64,000 bases of DNA, from IMG/VR virus record IMGVR_UViG_3300030104_002980, one strand, 5' to 3'. The position numbers and the translations under genes are program-made. The notes under the pieces are model-generated. The model worked only from the letters and a program-made list of their open reading frames with translations, was not told where the DNA came from and did not search any database. The DNA comes from an uncultured virus (IMG/VR IMGVR_UViG_3300030104_002980). Taxonomy: Duplodnaviria; Heunggongvirae; Uroviricota; Caudoviricetes. Of the stretch, positions 28,546-38,486 are shown piece by piece (the stretch's first letter is position 1; every line of letters starts with the position of its first letter).

Positions 28546-29585
28546 TGAAAATTGCGATTATAACAGATCAACACTTCGGGTGTCGTAAGAACTCGCAAAT
28601 TTTTCATGATTATTTTTTGAAATTTTATAATGATATATTTTTTCCTAAACTAGAAGAAGAAGGTATCACTACCATAATTGATATGGGAGATACTTTCGAT
28701 AGTCGAAAGGGGATTGATTTTTCTGCTTTAACTTGGGCAAAGAAAAATTACTTTGATAGACTTAAGCAGATGGGTATAACAGTTCATACTATTGTTGGAA
28801 ATCATACTGCATATTATAAAAATACAAATGAAGTAAATGCTATTGATTTATTATTGAAAGAATATGACAATGTAAGAGTATATTCTGAAACAACTAATAT
28901 ATGCATAGATGGATTAAATATTCTTCTTGTTCCTTGGATCAATTCAGAAAATAAAGAGAAAAGTTTAGCATTAATTAAAGACTCACAATCTCCTGTTTGT
29001 ATGGGACATCTGGAGTTAAAGGGTTATAAAGTAAATGAATATGTTGTAATGGATCATGGGTTAGATGATAAACCTTTTGAAAAATTTGAAAGAGTTTTCT
29101 CTGGACATTTTCATACAAGATCAAATAATGGTAAAGTTTATTACTTTGGTAATCCTTATGAAATGTATTGGAATGATTATGATGATACAAGAGGATTTCA
29201 TTTCTTTGATACAAACACCTTAGAGCATACTGCAGTTAATAATCCATATCGTTTCTTCTATAAAATTTATTATGAGGATACACCTCATCAAACTTTTGAT
29301 ACAAGAGAATACGAAAATAAAATTGTAAAATTAATTGTTCGTAAAAAATCTGATCCTAAAAAGTTTGAAAAGTTTATTGATAAATTATATGCTTCAAATA
29401 TTCATGAACTTAAAGTTATTGAAAATTTTCAATTGCATGAGAATGAAGAGTTTGAGGCTTTTGAATCAGAAGACACTCTCTCTATTTTAAATAGGTATGT
29501 TGAAGAATCTGATGTTGATCTCAAAAAATCTACAATACAAGATTTGATTAAAGAAGTTTATCAAGAGGCATGTGAATTAGTTTAA
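28545..29585 (+). CDS. gp47: Recombination endonuclease subunit gp47 (Mre11/SbcD-like)
   Basis: TDQHFG, GDTFD, GNH, SGHFH metallophosphoesterase motifs. Confidence 0.97.
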   Translation: MKIAIITDQHFGCRKNSQIFHDYFLKFYNDIFFPKLEEEGITTIIDMGDTFDSRKGIDFSALTWAKKNYFDRLKQMGITVHTIVGNHTAYYKNTNEVNAIDLLLKEYDNVRVYSETTNICIDGLNILLVPWINSENKEKSLALIKDSQSPVCMGHLELKGYKVNEYVVMDHGLDDKPFEKFERVFSGHFHTRSNNGKVYYFGNPYEMYWNDYDDTRGFHFFDTNTLEHTAVNNPYRFFYKIYYEDTPHQTFDTREYENKIVKLIVRKKSDPKKFEKFIDKLYASNIHELKVIENFQLHENEEFEAFESEDTLSILNRYVEESDVDLKKSTIQDLIKEVYQEACELV

Positions 29586-29857
29586 TGTTTGTTCTAACAA
29601 TCGTAGGAAGAGAAGATGAAGGAGCATACTCTGTTCAAAATGAAGAAGGTGATAGTATCTTGTATCTTTTTGAAGAACAAGACGATGCTGTTAGATATGC
29701 TATGATGTTAGAGGATATGGATTATCCTGAAATGCATGTGATGGAAGTCGATCCAGCTGCTATGTTAAACTTATGTCAAAATTATGATTATGAATACACG
29801 GTTATTACTCCAAATGATATTGTTATCCCACCTGATATAGAGCATGATTTTATTTGA
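29585..29857 (+). CDS. Conserved hypothetical protein
   Basis: LFEEQDDAVRYAMML motif; between gp47 and gp46. Confidence 0.75.
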   Translation: MFVLTIVGREDEGAYSVQNEEGDSILYLFEEQDDAVRYAMMLEDMDYPEMHVMEVDPAAMLNLCQNYDYEYTVITPNDIVIPPDIEHDFI

Positions 29858-31556
29858 AAAAGTTCGTTGGAAAAATTTCCTTTCAACGGGTGATCAATAT
29901 TCTGAGATAGATTTTCAAGGTTCATCTACAACTTTGATAGTGGGATCTAATGGAAGTGGAAAGAGCACAGTTTTGGATGCTTTAACTTTTGGTTTGTTTT
30001 CAAAACCATTTCGTAAGATAAACAAAAGTCAATTAATTAATACTGTTAATGAGAAAGATTTAAGAGTCGAAGTTGAATTTGTAATAGGAACAATAACATG
30101 GAAAGTAATTCGTGGTATCAAACCAAATATATTTGAGATATGGAGAAATGATAAACTACTTGATCAGTTTGCATCTGTAAATGATCAGCAAAAATGGTTA
30201 GAACAAAATGTAGTAAAGATGAATTATAAATCGTTTACACAGATTGTAATTCTAGGATCAAGTAACTTTGTCCCATTCATGCAATTAAGTGCAACGAATC
30301 GTAGAGAAGTAATTGAAGATTTACTTGACATAAAAATATTCACATCGATGAATAATATTATCAAGGATAAGATTAGGCAAGTTAAAGAGAAAACAAAAAC
30401 TTTAGATCTTAAAAAAGAATCTTTAATTGATAAAGTTTCTATGCAAGAAAGATTTATGAATGAAATAGAGACTCGTGGTAAAGAGGATATTGAAAAGAAG
30501 AAAAAAAAGATGGATAGTTTAGGTGATGATATTTGTGTTTGTATTATGCAGAATGAGGAGGCAGAGGATAGTATCTATGGATTGCAGCAAAAACAAGAAA
30601 AATTAACAGCAGCATCAGACACTTTAGCTAAACTTAATAATTTAAAAGGTCAGATATCTAATAAAGTATCAATGATATCTAAAGAGGATAAATTTTTTAA
30701 AGACAATACGGTTTGTCCTACATGCACTCAGGAAATCGATGAAGATTTCAGAATAAATAAAATCAATGACGCTCAAAATAAAGCAAAGAAGTTGCAATCA
30801 GGTTATAAAGAACTTGAAGATACAATTAAAAAAGAACAAGAAAGAGAGCGTCAATTTACAAAAATATCAAAGGAGATTACTAAACTCACGCATGGCATTT
30901 CTCAAAACAACTCTCTCATCTCTAACTGTCAAAAACAACAACGAGATCTTAAAGATGAAGTTCAAACACTTACCAATCAAATTGAAAACAGAAATACTGA
31001 GCATGAAAAGTTAGAAACATTTAAACAAAATCTCCAAGATACATATGAAGAATTAGGGTCTCAGAAAGAGAAAATAAAATATTTTAATTATACCTATGAG
31101 TTATTGAAAGATGGTGGAGTTAAAGCAAAAATTATAAAGAAGTATTTACCATTAATAAATCAACAGATAAATCGTTATCTACAGATGATGGACTTCTATA
31201 TTAATTTTACTCTTGATGAAGAGTTTAATGAAACTGTTCAATCACCAATTCATGAAGATTTTTCATATGCTTCGTTTAGTGAGGGAGAAAAACAAAGAAT
31301 AGATTTAGCTTTGTTATTTACTTGGAGAGAAGTTGCTAAGTTTAAAAATTCAATATCTACTAATTTAATGGTATTGGATGAGGTGTTTGATAGTTCACTT
31401 GATGGTCAAGGAACAGAGGAATTTTTAAAGATAATTAAATATGTTATTGAAGATGCTAACATATTTGTTATTTCTCACAAAACAGGTCTAGATGATAGAT
31501 TTGAAAATGTGGTAAGATTTGAAAAAATTAAAGGATTCAGTAGGATGGTATCATGA
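29844..31556 (+). CDS. gp46: Recombination ATPase gp46 (Rad50/SbcC-like)
   Basis: GSNGSGKS, CPTC zinc hook, FSEGE signature, LDEVFD. Confidence 0.97.
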   Translation: MILFEKVRWKNFLSTGDQYSEIDFQGSSTTLIVGSNGSGKSTVLDALTFGLFSKPFRKINKSQLINTVNEKDLRVEVEFVIGTITWKVIRGIKPNIFEIWRNDKLLDQFASVNDQQKWLEQNVVKMNYKSFTQIVILGSSNFVPFMQLSATNRREVIEDLLDIKIFTSMNNIIKDKIRQVKEKTKTLDLKKESLIDKVSMQERFMNEIETRGKEDIEKKKKKMDSLGDDICVCIMQNEEAEDSIYGLQQKQEKLTAASDTLAKLNNLKGQISNKVSMISKEDKFFKDNTVCPTCTQEIDEDFRINKINDAQNKAKKLQSGYKELEDTIKKEQERERQFTKISKEITKLTHGISQNNSLISNCQKQQRDLKDEVQTLTNQIENRNTEHEKLETFKQNLQDTYEELGSQKEKIKYFNYTYELLKDGGVKAKIIKKYLPLINQQINRYLQMMDFYINFTLDEEFNETVQSPIHEDFSYASFSEGEKQRIDLALLFTWREVAKFKNSISTNLMVLDEVFDSSLDGQGTEEFLKIIKYVIEDANIFVISHKTGLDDRFENVVRFEKIKGFSRMVS

Positions 31557-32341
31557 TTGGAATTGTTGGTAATGGTTTTGTTGGCAACGCTGTCTATCAA
31601 AATTTTAGAGACAAAACACAATGCAAGGTCTATGACACAGACAAAAATAGATCTTTAAATACTTTAGGAGAGGTAATAAATGAGAATTTTATTTTCGTTT
31701 GTTTACCAACCCCAATGAGATATGGGGGTGAGTGTGATTTATCAATCTTAAATAAATTTTTTGAGGATTTGCCAGATCATATTACTGGAACATTTGTTAT
31801 CAAATCAACTGTTCCAATAGGAACAACTAAAAAGTTTTTTGAGAGACATAATGTAATTCATAATCCAGAATTTTTAACTGCTAGAAATGCAATAAAAGAC
31901 TTTGCAAATTCTGAGAGAAATATTGTTGGTGGTGATATGGAATTATGTGTTGATTTTGTTCGTATGTTTGAAGAATATTTTCCTCACATTCCAAGTATCA
32001 TTACAACTTCTGATGAGAGTGAAGCAATTAAGTATTTTTCAAATACATTTCTTGCATACAAAGTAGCATACTTCAATAAAATATATGATTTATGTCAAAA
32101 GGTTGGTATGGATTATGATGTAGTGGTTGAAGGTGTGACTGCAGATAGTCGCATTGGTAAATCACATACTAAAGTTCCCGGAATTGATAATGATCGTGGA
32201 TTTGGTGGAACTTGTTTTCCTAAAGATTTGAACTCATTGATTGTTCAGATGGAATCTCATGGTGTAAATGCTGATATGTTCAAAGAAATATGGAAGTATA
32301 ATCAAGAGATTAGAAATGTAATTGATTGGCCAGTAACATGA
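31553..32341 (+). CDS. Short UDP-glucose/GDP-mannose dehydrogenase family protein
   Basis: GNGFVG Rossmann motif, CLPTP, KSTVP.GT, NPEFL, GFGGTCFPKD (catalytic Cys); lacks the C-terminal domain. Confidence 0.85.
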   Translation: MIGIVGNGFVGNAVYQNFRDKTQCKVYDTDKNRSLNTLGEVINENFIFVCLPTPMRYGGECDLSILNKFFEDLPDHITGTFVIKSTVPIGTTKKFFERHNVIHNPEFLTARNAIKDFANSERNIVGGDMELCVDFVRMFEEYFPHIPSIITTSDESEAIKYFSNTFLAYKVAYFNKIYDLCQKVGMDYDVVVEGVTADSRIGKSHTKVPGIDNDRGFGGTCFPKDLNSLIVQMESHGVNADMFKEIWKYNQEIRNVIDWPVT

Positions 32342-33063
32342 AAGTATTAGTAACAGGACATCGTGGATTTATCGGTAGATATGTATTTGCTGATTGGAGA
32401 AAGGAATTGGGTTATGAGGTGCATGGTATCGATTTTCCTGATGATATAAAAAATTTTAAAGGTGGTGATTATGGATTAGTCATACATCTTGCTGCATATG
32501 CTGATTTACGAGAGAGTGTAGAACAACCAGAAAAGTATTATGAAAATAATGTTGTAAAATCAAAACCACTGTTTGATTGGTGTCGAGAAACAAATACAAG
32601 ATTATTATATGCATCAACTGGTGCTGCAAATGAAAACTATTGGGATAATCCTTATGCTTTGAGTAAGTGGGTAAATGAGCAAATGGCTCCACCTAATTCT
32701 GTTGGTATGAGATTTTCGACAGTGTATGGGCCTGATGTCAGACCAAATATGATGTATGGTTTGCTACGAGATAAAAAGGCAACCTATGTGACTAATCACA
32801 AAAGAGATTGGATTCATGTTAAGGATGTGTGTAGTGCAATAAGATATCTTGCTCCTAGTTCAATAACAGGCCCAGTTCAAATAGGGTATGGAGAATCTGT
32901 TCCAGTTAAAAAACTTGCAGAAAAATTTGGACAAGGTGATTTACCTGTTAAAGATTACACTCCCGGTGAAGTGGATGATAATGTTGCTGATATATCTGTG
33001 ATGGCAAGTATTGGATGGATGCCAACAATTAGTGTATTGGAGTCAGTAGATGCCGACCTATAA
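32338..33063 (+). CDS. NAD-dependent nucleotide-sugar epimerase/dehydratase (extended SDR)
   Basis: TGHRGFIG, HLAA, YALSK (YxxxK), RDWIHVKD; ATGA-coupled start at 32338. Confidence 0.88.
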   Translation: MKVLVTGHRGFIGRYVFADWRKELGYEVHGIDFPDDIKNFKGGDYGLVIHLAAYADLRESVEQPEKYYENNVVKSKPLFDWCRETNTRLLYASTGAANENYWDNPYALSKWVNEQMAPPNSVGMRFSTVYGPDVRPNMMYGLLRDKKATYVTNHKRDWIHVKDVCSAIRYLAPSSITGPVQIGYGESVPVKKLAEKFGQGDLPVKDYTPGEVDDNVADISVMASIGWMPTISVLESVDADL

Positions 33064-33682
33064 ACAACTAAGACCTGAATTTCCTAGTCCTGCAAAAAGA
33101 TTATTTCATATCCACATACCTAGAACCGCAGGTAGATTTTTGATGAATAATATTTTATCAAATGGATTTGATCTTGAAGGAACAATTTTACCAACAGAAA
33201 ATGGAATGGAACCACAACATTTTCATGCAGAATTATATGAGAGATATTATGATATTGCAAATATTCCACATATTGCAATTGTTCGTAATCCTATAGATCG
33301 ATTTATATCATGTTCAATATTTTTAAAAAAAATGTATGGTGACATACAAGATGCAATGGAAGATCCAATGATGTTTTCGTCTTTAATTGAAAACTATCCA
33401 TTTGAAGGTATTAATTGGTTTAGACCACAGATGGATTTTATTACTGATGAAACTAATCTTTGGAAATTTGAAGATGGATTTGGTAGTGACTTTGATGAGT
33501 GGATGACAGATTTGATTGGTGCACCATATGTTACTAAAGATGTGCCATACCAAAAACTGGTAATAAATGAGGATGACAAATTAATAAAGACTGATAGAAT
33601 TATAGATAATATCAAGTCGTTATATAGAAAGGACATTGAGCAACTCTATCCCGAATTGGCAACACCACAAGAAACCACTTAA
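33050..33682 (+). CDS. Sulfotransferase family 2-like protein
   Basis: HIHIPRTAG (5'-PSB loop), VRNPIDRFIS (3'-PB), F.PQ, C-terminal LY.KD. Confidence 0.75.
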   Translation: MPTYKQLRPEFPSPAKRLFHIHIPRTAGRFLMNNILSNGFDLEGTILPTENGMEPQHFHAELYERYYDIANIPHIAIVRNPIDRFISCSIFLKKMYGDIQDAMEDPMMFSSLIENYPFEGINWFRPQMDFITDETNLWKFEDGFGSDFDEWMTDLIGAPYVTKDVPYQKLVINEDDKLIKTDRIIDNIKSLYRKDIEQLYPELATPQETT

Positions 33683-33729
33683 CAAAGTGTCTACTTAAGA
33701 CCTCTGGCAAGCGTCAGGGGTTTTATAAT
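33674..33729 (+). promoter_or_regulatory. Palindrome-like box, hairpin/terminator and TATAAT -10 upstream of the cobT-like gene
   Basis: CCACTTAACAAAGTGTC box; ACCTCTGG..TCAGGGGT hairpin with T tract; TATAAT at 33724-33729. Confidence 0.55.
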
Positions 33730-33754
33730 GGCCATATACACACACAGGAAACAG

Positions 33755-35953
33755 ATGGCAGTTCAATACGAAATCAAATCACAACTTGCAAAACTACTTG
33801 CAACAGAAGATCTTATTGTTGAGCATAAGCATGTAGAGACAGCGCAGTTCAATGTCCAGACCCGCGTATTGATTCTGCCTCTTTGGGAGAAAGCAAGTAA
33901 TTCTGTATATGATATGTTGGTAGCGCATGAAGTTGGGCATGCGTTATTTACACCTAATGAAGATTATAGAGACAAAGTAAAAATACCTTTTGATTTCATA
34001 AATGTTTGCGAAGATGCTCGTATAGAGAAGTTGATGAAGCGTAAGTATCAGGGTCTTCCAAAAACATTTTATTATGGATATAGTGATCTTCATGATGATG
34101 ATTTCTTTAATGTAGTAGATGTTGATTTTGAAAAATTTAATCTTGCTGATAAAGCAAATCTTCATTTCAAGATTGGTAATTTTATTGATATAACATTTAC
34201 CTCAAAAGAGAAGGAGATTATTGACGAGATTGCTAACACAGAAACTTTTGATGAAGTTCTTGTAGTATCAGAGAAGTTATATAATTACTGCAAGGAGAAT
34301 ATGGAGGATCAGAAGAAGCAAGTTCAAGATCTTGATCTTCATATGACTCCACAAACAGGACAACCAGAATCTCCAGAGTCATCTGATAGTAATGATGATG
34401 GTGAGTTAGAAGAAGTTGATCAGCAAGTCACTCAATCAGAAACTGAACCACAAAATGATTTTGGTTCAGATGAAGGTGGTGATATGGTTACACCAGAGGA
34501 TGAGCAATCTGATTCTCCTTATGATCCTGATTCTTCAGAACCACAAGTTGCAACTGCAGAAGAGTTGGAGAAGAGTTTAAAAGATTTAATTGCAAGTCAT
34601 GATGGTAGAGAGAATATCTATGTTGAGTTACCTGATGTTAAACTTGACAAAATTATTGAATCTAATAGTGAGGTTCATGATGTTATCGAAAAACATTTTG
34701 CATGGGAGTGGAGTAGAATTAAAGCAGATAGAGAGAAGAATGGATATTCATGTGTTGCAAATCCATTTGAAGAAATTGATTCTGAATTTAATAATTTTAA
34801 AAAGAATGCAAGAAAGGAAGTTAATTATCTTGTTAAAGAGTTTGAGTGTAAGAAAGCTGCATCTGCATATGCTCGTGCTGCAGTAGCTCGCACTGGTGTA
34901 TTGAATACATCAAAACTTCATACTTATAAGTTCAATGAAGATCTTTTCAAAAAAGTTACCATATTACCTGATGGTAAAAATCATGGATTAGTATTCATTC
35001 TTGATTGGTCAGGATCAATGCAATATATCTTACAGGATACTTTAAAGCAACTTTATAATTTAATTTGGTTCTGCAGAAAAGTAAATATTCCCTTTGATGT
35101 ATATGCTTTTTCAAATGAATTCAAACGTGATGAGGGTTGGGGTTATTCTCATAATTATGATACTGTTGCCTATGAGAAGAGAGAGAACGTAATGGCAATT
35201 GATAGTTGTTTTTCTCTCATGCATTTTTTCTCAAGTGATGTTAAAGGAAAAGATCTTGAACATCAAATGCTTAACATATGGAGAGTTGCATCTTTATTCA
35301 GAGTATGGGGTCATGTAACTTACCCACGTAGACTTGCATTATCAGGAACACCATTGAACGAATCATTAATCACTCTACGTCAAATTCTTCCAGAGTTCCA
35401 AAAGAAACATAACCTTGAAAAAGTTCAGTGTATTGTTCTTACTGATGGTGAAGCTGGACATCTCTCATATCATGTGGAGGTTAAACGTTCTTGGGAAGAT
35501 GAACCATACATGGGAACACGCGGTATCGTTCCTGAAGCGACATTTATACGTGACCGTAAACTTGGTTGTAATTATAAAATTGGTTATAGATATACAGATT
35601 TTACAGATACTATTCTTCAAAATCTTCAAGATCTATTTCCAACAGTAAACTTTATCGGCATTCGAGTTATCGTTCCTAGAGCTGCATTATCTTTTGCAAG
35701 ACATTTTACAACTGATGAAACAAAGTTAAATGTGATTGAGAAAGATTGGAAAAAAACAAAAAGTTTCAATATTGTTGACTCTGCTTATGATGCATATTTT
35801 GTAATGTCATCAGTAAATCTTAATGACAATTCAGATTTTCAAGTAAAGGAAGATGCTACCAAGTCGCAGATTAAATCAGCATTCGTTAGATCACTCAAGA
35901 CAAAAAAACTAAATAAAAAAGTATTGGGCGAATTTATTTCTTTAGTGGTATGA
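33755..35953 (+). CDS. CobT-like metallopeptidase-vWA protein (partner of the CobS AAA+ ATPase)
   Basis: HEVGH zincin motif, N.CEDARIE, acidic linker, vWA MIDAS DWSGSM, GTPL, LTDGE; likely start MAVQYEIK. Confidence 0.85.
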   Translation: MAVQYEIKSQLAKLLATEDLIVEHKHVETAQFNVQTRVLILPLWEKASNSVYDMLVAHEVGHALFTPNEDYRDKVKIPFDFINVCEDARIEKLMKRKYQGLPKTFYYGYSDLHDDDFFNVVDVDFEKFNLADKANLHFKIGNFIDITFTSKEKEIIDEIANTETFDEVLVVSEKLYNYCKENMEDQKKQVQDLDLHMTPQTGQPESPESSDSNDDGELEEVDQQVTQSETEPQNDFGSDEGGDMVTPEDEQSDSPYDPDSSEPQVATAEELEKSLKDLIASHDGRENIYVELPDVKLDKIIESNSEVHDVIEKHFAWEWSRIKADREKNGYSCVANPFEEIDSEFNNFKKNARKEVNYLVKEFECKKAASAYARAAVARTGVLNTSKLHTYKFNEDLFKKVTILPDGKNHGLVFILDWSGSMQYILQDTLKQLYNLIWFCRKVNIPFDVYAFSNEFKRDEGWGYSHNYDTVAYEKRENVMAIDSCFSLMHFFSSDVKGKDLEHQMLNIWRVASLFRVWGHVTYPRRLALSGTPLNESLITLRQILPEFQKKHNLEKVQCIVLTDGEAGHLSYHVEVKRSWEDEPYMGTRGIVPEATFIRDRKLGCNYKIGYRYTDFTDTILQNLQDLFPTVNFIGIRVIVPRAALSFARHFTTDETKLNVIEKDWKKTKSFNIVDSAYDAYFVMSSVNLNDNSDFQVKEDATKSQIKSAFVRSLKTKKLNKKVLGEFISLVV

Positions 35954-36435
35954 TCACATTCAAAGAATTCATGCAAGAGAGCAGTCTCTCTCGTATAAAA
36001 AGTAAATCAGATAAGAGTGGCATAGCAACTCTTTCGGGTGATCGTGGTGACAAATCAAGGAAAGAAAATCAAGCAAGATCAAAACAATTGCAAAAAGATA
36101 TTCGTGGTAAGTTTGGTAGAGGGCCAACTAAATTAAAGGGATCATATTTAGAAAATCCCGGTTCAAAAGATGAGAGAAAAGTAAAAGAGAAAAGTTATGC
36201 AATAGATCGTGGTAAGATGGGTAAAAGAAAATTCAAGAAAGAAGTTAAGAAGTTAGGTAAGAAGTATGGGCAGGATTCCGTATTAACACAAACTAAAAAA
36301 ACTGCTACACTACATAGAACAAGAAAAGGTGGATTAGATAAAAAAGGAGAAAATGTCGGTAGGTTTAAACCACAAGGTAAAAACCCATACGGTCAATCAC
36401 AAATTAAAGGTAAAACTTTCGCATATGGAGATTAA
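35950..36435 (+). CDS. Basic hypothetical protein with capsid-targeting-like N-terminus
   Basis: Starts MITFKEFMQE; LGKKYGQDSVL motif; CTAAATA at 35909-35915. Confidence 0.75.
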   Translation: MITFKEFMQESSLSRIKSKSDKSGIATLSGDRGDKSRKENQARSKQLQKDIRGKFGRGPTKLKGSYLENPGSKDERKVKEKSYAIDRGKMGKRKFKKEVKKLGKKYGQDSVLTQTKKTATLHRTRKGGLDKKGENVGRFKPQGKNPYGQSQIKGKTFAYGD

Positions 36436-36672
36436 ATGACAAAACCTTATGATGACTCCAACTGGAGAGAAGAATACAAACAGTATACAAGTGATAAATA
36501 TTATCTTGAATTACTGGAAAATGGGCCTAAAAGTTTATCTCAGTCGTGGATACTAGGTGCATTATATAATAAATGGAAAAAGATAAAGGGGTATCATAAG
36601 TATGATCCTAAAGAGAATACAGGGCAGTGTCAATCCTCTTTTGCAGAGTGGGAATCAAAGATAAATAACTGA
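36436..36672 (+). CDS. Conserved small hypothetical protein
   Basis: 78 aa; YDDSNWREEY, LLENGPKSLSQSW. Confidence 0.75.
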   Translation: MTKPYDDSNWREEYKQYTSDKYYLELLENGPKSLSQSWILGALYNKWKKIKGYHKYDPKENTGQCQSSFAEWESKINN

Positions 36673-36679
36673 CACTAAA

Positions 36680-36734
36680 GACAATAAACAAACTGTCCCT
36701 TTTAGTGGTATATGCGATCATAGTTTGATATAGT
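36680..36734 (+). promoter_or_regulatory. Palindrome-like box plus extended -10 (TGATATAGT) upstream of cobS
   Basis: GACAATAAACAAACTGTC 31 nt before TATAGT (36729-36734). Confidence 0.55.
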
Positions 36735-36760
36735 AAAGGTATACAAACACAAATCGCATC

Positions 36761-37891
36761 ATGACAAAAAAATTATTCAAACCCTTTGAAGTCAAAATGA
36801 CTCGTGAAGAAATTATTGAGGGTCTTAGATCCAACTATGGCACTGAATTTACTGCTGCTGATGTAAAAGGTTTTTGTGCGATGAATGATATTGCATATTC
36901 GACCATTACCAAAAAGATTGATGAGTTTAAAGTTGGTCGTGGAAAGTGGAATTTTGAAGTTACTAAAAAATCAGTAGAAAAGATAGAGCGTTCATTTAGT
37001 GCTCCAAGCGTTACACCTTTTGTGGAAGAAAATCTAGTTCCTACAATAAATGACACATTCGTAAAGTTTGGTAGTTTTACTGATCTTAGAAGTATTATTA
37101 AGTCAAAATTATTCTATCCTACATTTATCACAGGTTTATCTGGTAACGGAAAAACTTTTAGTGTTGAGCAAGCATGTGCACAACTCAAAAGAGAACTTGT
37201 TCGTGTAAACATTACAATCGAAACAGATGAAGATGATCTTATTGGCGGTTTCCGTCTTGTTAATGGTGAAACCGTATGGCACAATGGCCCAGTCATCGAA
37301 GCACTTGAGCGAGGTGCAATATTGTTACTTGACGAAATCGACCTTGCATCCAACAAGATCCTCTGCCTTCAGAGCATCCTTGAAGGAACTGGAGTCTTTC
37401 TTAAAAAAATTGGGAGATTTGTCAGACCATCCGCAGGATTCAACGTCATTGCCACCGCAAATACTAAAGGTAAGGGTTCAGACGACGGAAGATTTATTGG
37501 AACTAACGTGCTCAATGAGGCCTTCCTTGAAAGATTCCCAGTAACGTTCGAGCAAGAATATCCTGCACCAAAGACAGAGCAAAAGATTCTTGCTAATGCA
37601 TCTGCAGAAATTGGTATCAAAGATGCTGATTTTTGTAAGAGACTTGTTGATTGGGCAGACATCATTCGTAAGACATTCTACGATGGTGGTGTAGAGGAGA
37701 TCATTTCTACTCGTCGTTTAGTTCATATCATTCGTGCATATGGAATCTTCAAGAACAAAGCAAAAGCAATCGAAGTATGTGTCAATCGTTTTGATGATGA
37801 GACTAAGCAATCATTCATGGAGTTATATGACAAAGTGGATGCAGATGTAGATTTTAATCAAGAGAACAATGGATCTGTGGAACAAGTATAA
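36761..37891 (+). CDS. cobS: CobS-like MoxR AAA+ ATPase
   Basis: GLSGNGKT, LLDEID, ATANTKG, LNEAFLERF, ISTRRL. Confidence 0.93.
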   Translation: MTKKLFKPFEVKMTREEIIEGLRSNYGTEFTAADVKGFCAMNDIAYSTITKKIDEFKVGRGKWNFEVTKKSVEKIERSFSAPSVTPFVEENLVPTINDTFVKFGSFTDLRSIIKSKLFYPTFITGLSGNGKTFSVEQACAQLKRELVRVNITIETDEDDLIGGFRLVNGETVWHNGPVIEALERGAILLLDEIDLASNKILCLQSILEGTGVFLKKIGRFVRPSAGFNVIATANTKGKGSDDGRFIGTNVLNEAFLERFPVTFEQEYPAPKTEQKILANASAEIGIKDADFCKRLVDWADIIRKTFYDGGVEEIISTRRLVHIIRAYGIFKNKAKAIEVCVNRFDDETKQSFMELYDKVDADVDFNQENNGSVEQV

Positions 37892-38486
37892 GTCTGTTCT
37901 CCATGAAACAATCTCATTAGATTATGATGAGACATGGGGAGCATGGGAATCAAAAGGTATGAGTCTTTTTGCGAAGACTTATACCAATCCTTTTTTAATT
38001 AAATCAAGAGAGGTAGATATTTGGAGTGATAAATGTTCCATTTATAACAACATCCTTTACCCAAAAACAGGTAGTAATCTTCCATGTTTTGGTATGGATT
38101 TGATGGGATTCAATGAAAAGAAAGTTATCATAGTATTTGACTTTCAACATCCAGTTGAAAACTATCGTTACTCTGTTGATGGATTACCAAAAGGAAAAAA
38201 TGATTATAGATTTTTTGAAGTTGGAAATCATTTTTCAGATAACATTTATGTTGCTAAATGTGAAATGAATCAAGTAAATGAACATCTTGAAATGTTTGAA
38301 AATTACTTGACTAAATTTAAAAACATGTTAGAATTAGAAAAACCAGCTGGTGATGATACTAGCTTGTATAAAGACTTCGATGCATATATGACTAAACTTG
38401 ATCCAGTATCAGGTTTCCTGACTGGTAAATTTGGTAAAGATGCATCAGAGAGTCTCGTAAACGATTTTCTTTTTGCATATGGTTAA
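37869..38486 (+). CDS. pebS: Phycoerythrobilin synthase (ferredoxin-dependent bilin reductase)
   Basis: ILYPKTG..LPCFGMDLM...KKVIIVFDFQHP...RFFE.GNHFS...YMT.LDPV closely match cyanophage PebS as I recall it, including both catalytic Asp (GMDL, LDPV). Confidence 0.92.
   Translation: MDLWNKYKSVLHETISLDYDETWGAWESKGMSLFAKTYTNPFLIKSREVDIWSDKCSIYNNILYPKTGSNLPCFGMDLMGFNEKKVIIVFDFQHPVENYRYSVDGLPKGKNDYRFFEVGNHFSDNIYVAKCEMNQVNEHLEMFENYLTKFKNMLELEKPAGDDTSLYKDFDAYMTKLDPVSGFLTGKFGKDASESLVNDFLFAYG

Noticed and set aside
37869..38486. pcyA or pebA assignment
   Set aside because: Motifs match PebS as I recall it (LPCFGMDLM, VFDFQHP, GNHFS, LDPV) better than the other bilin reductases.
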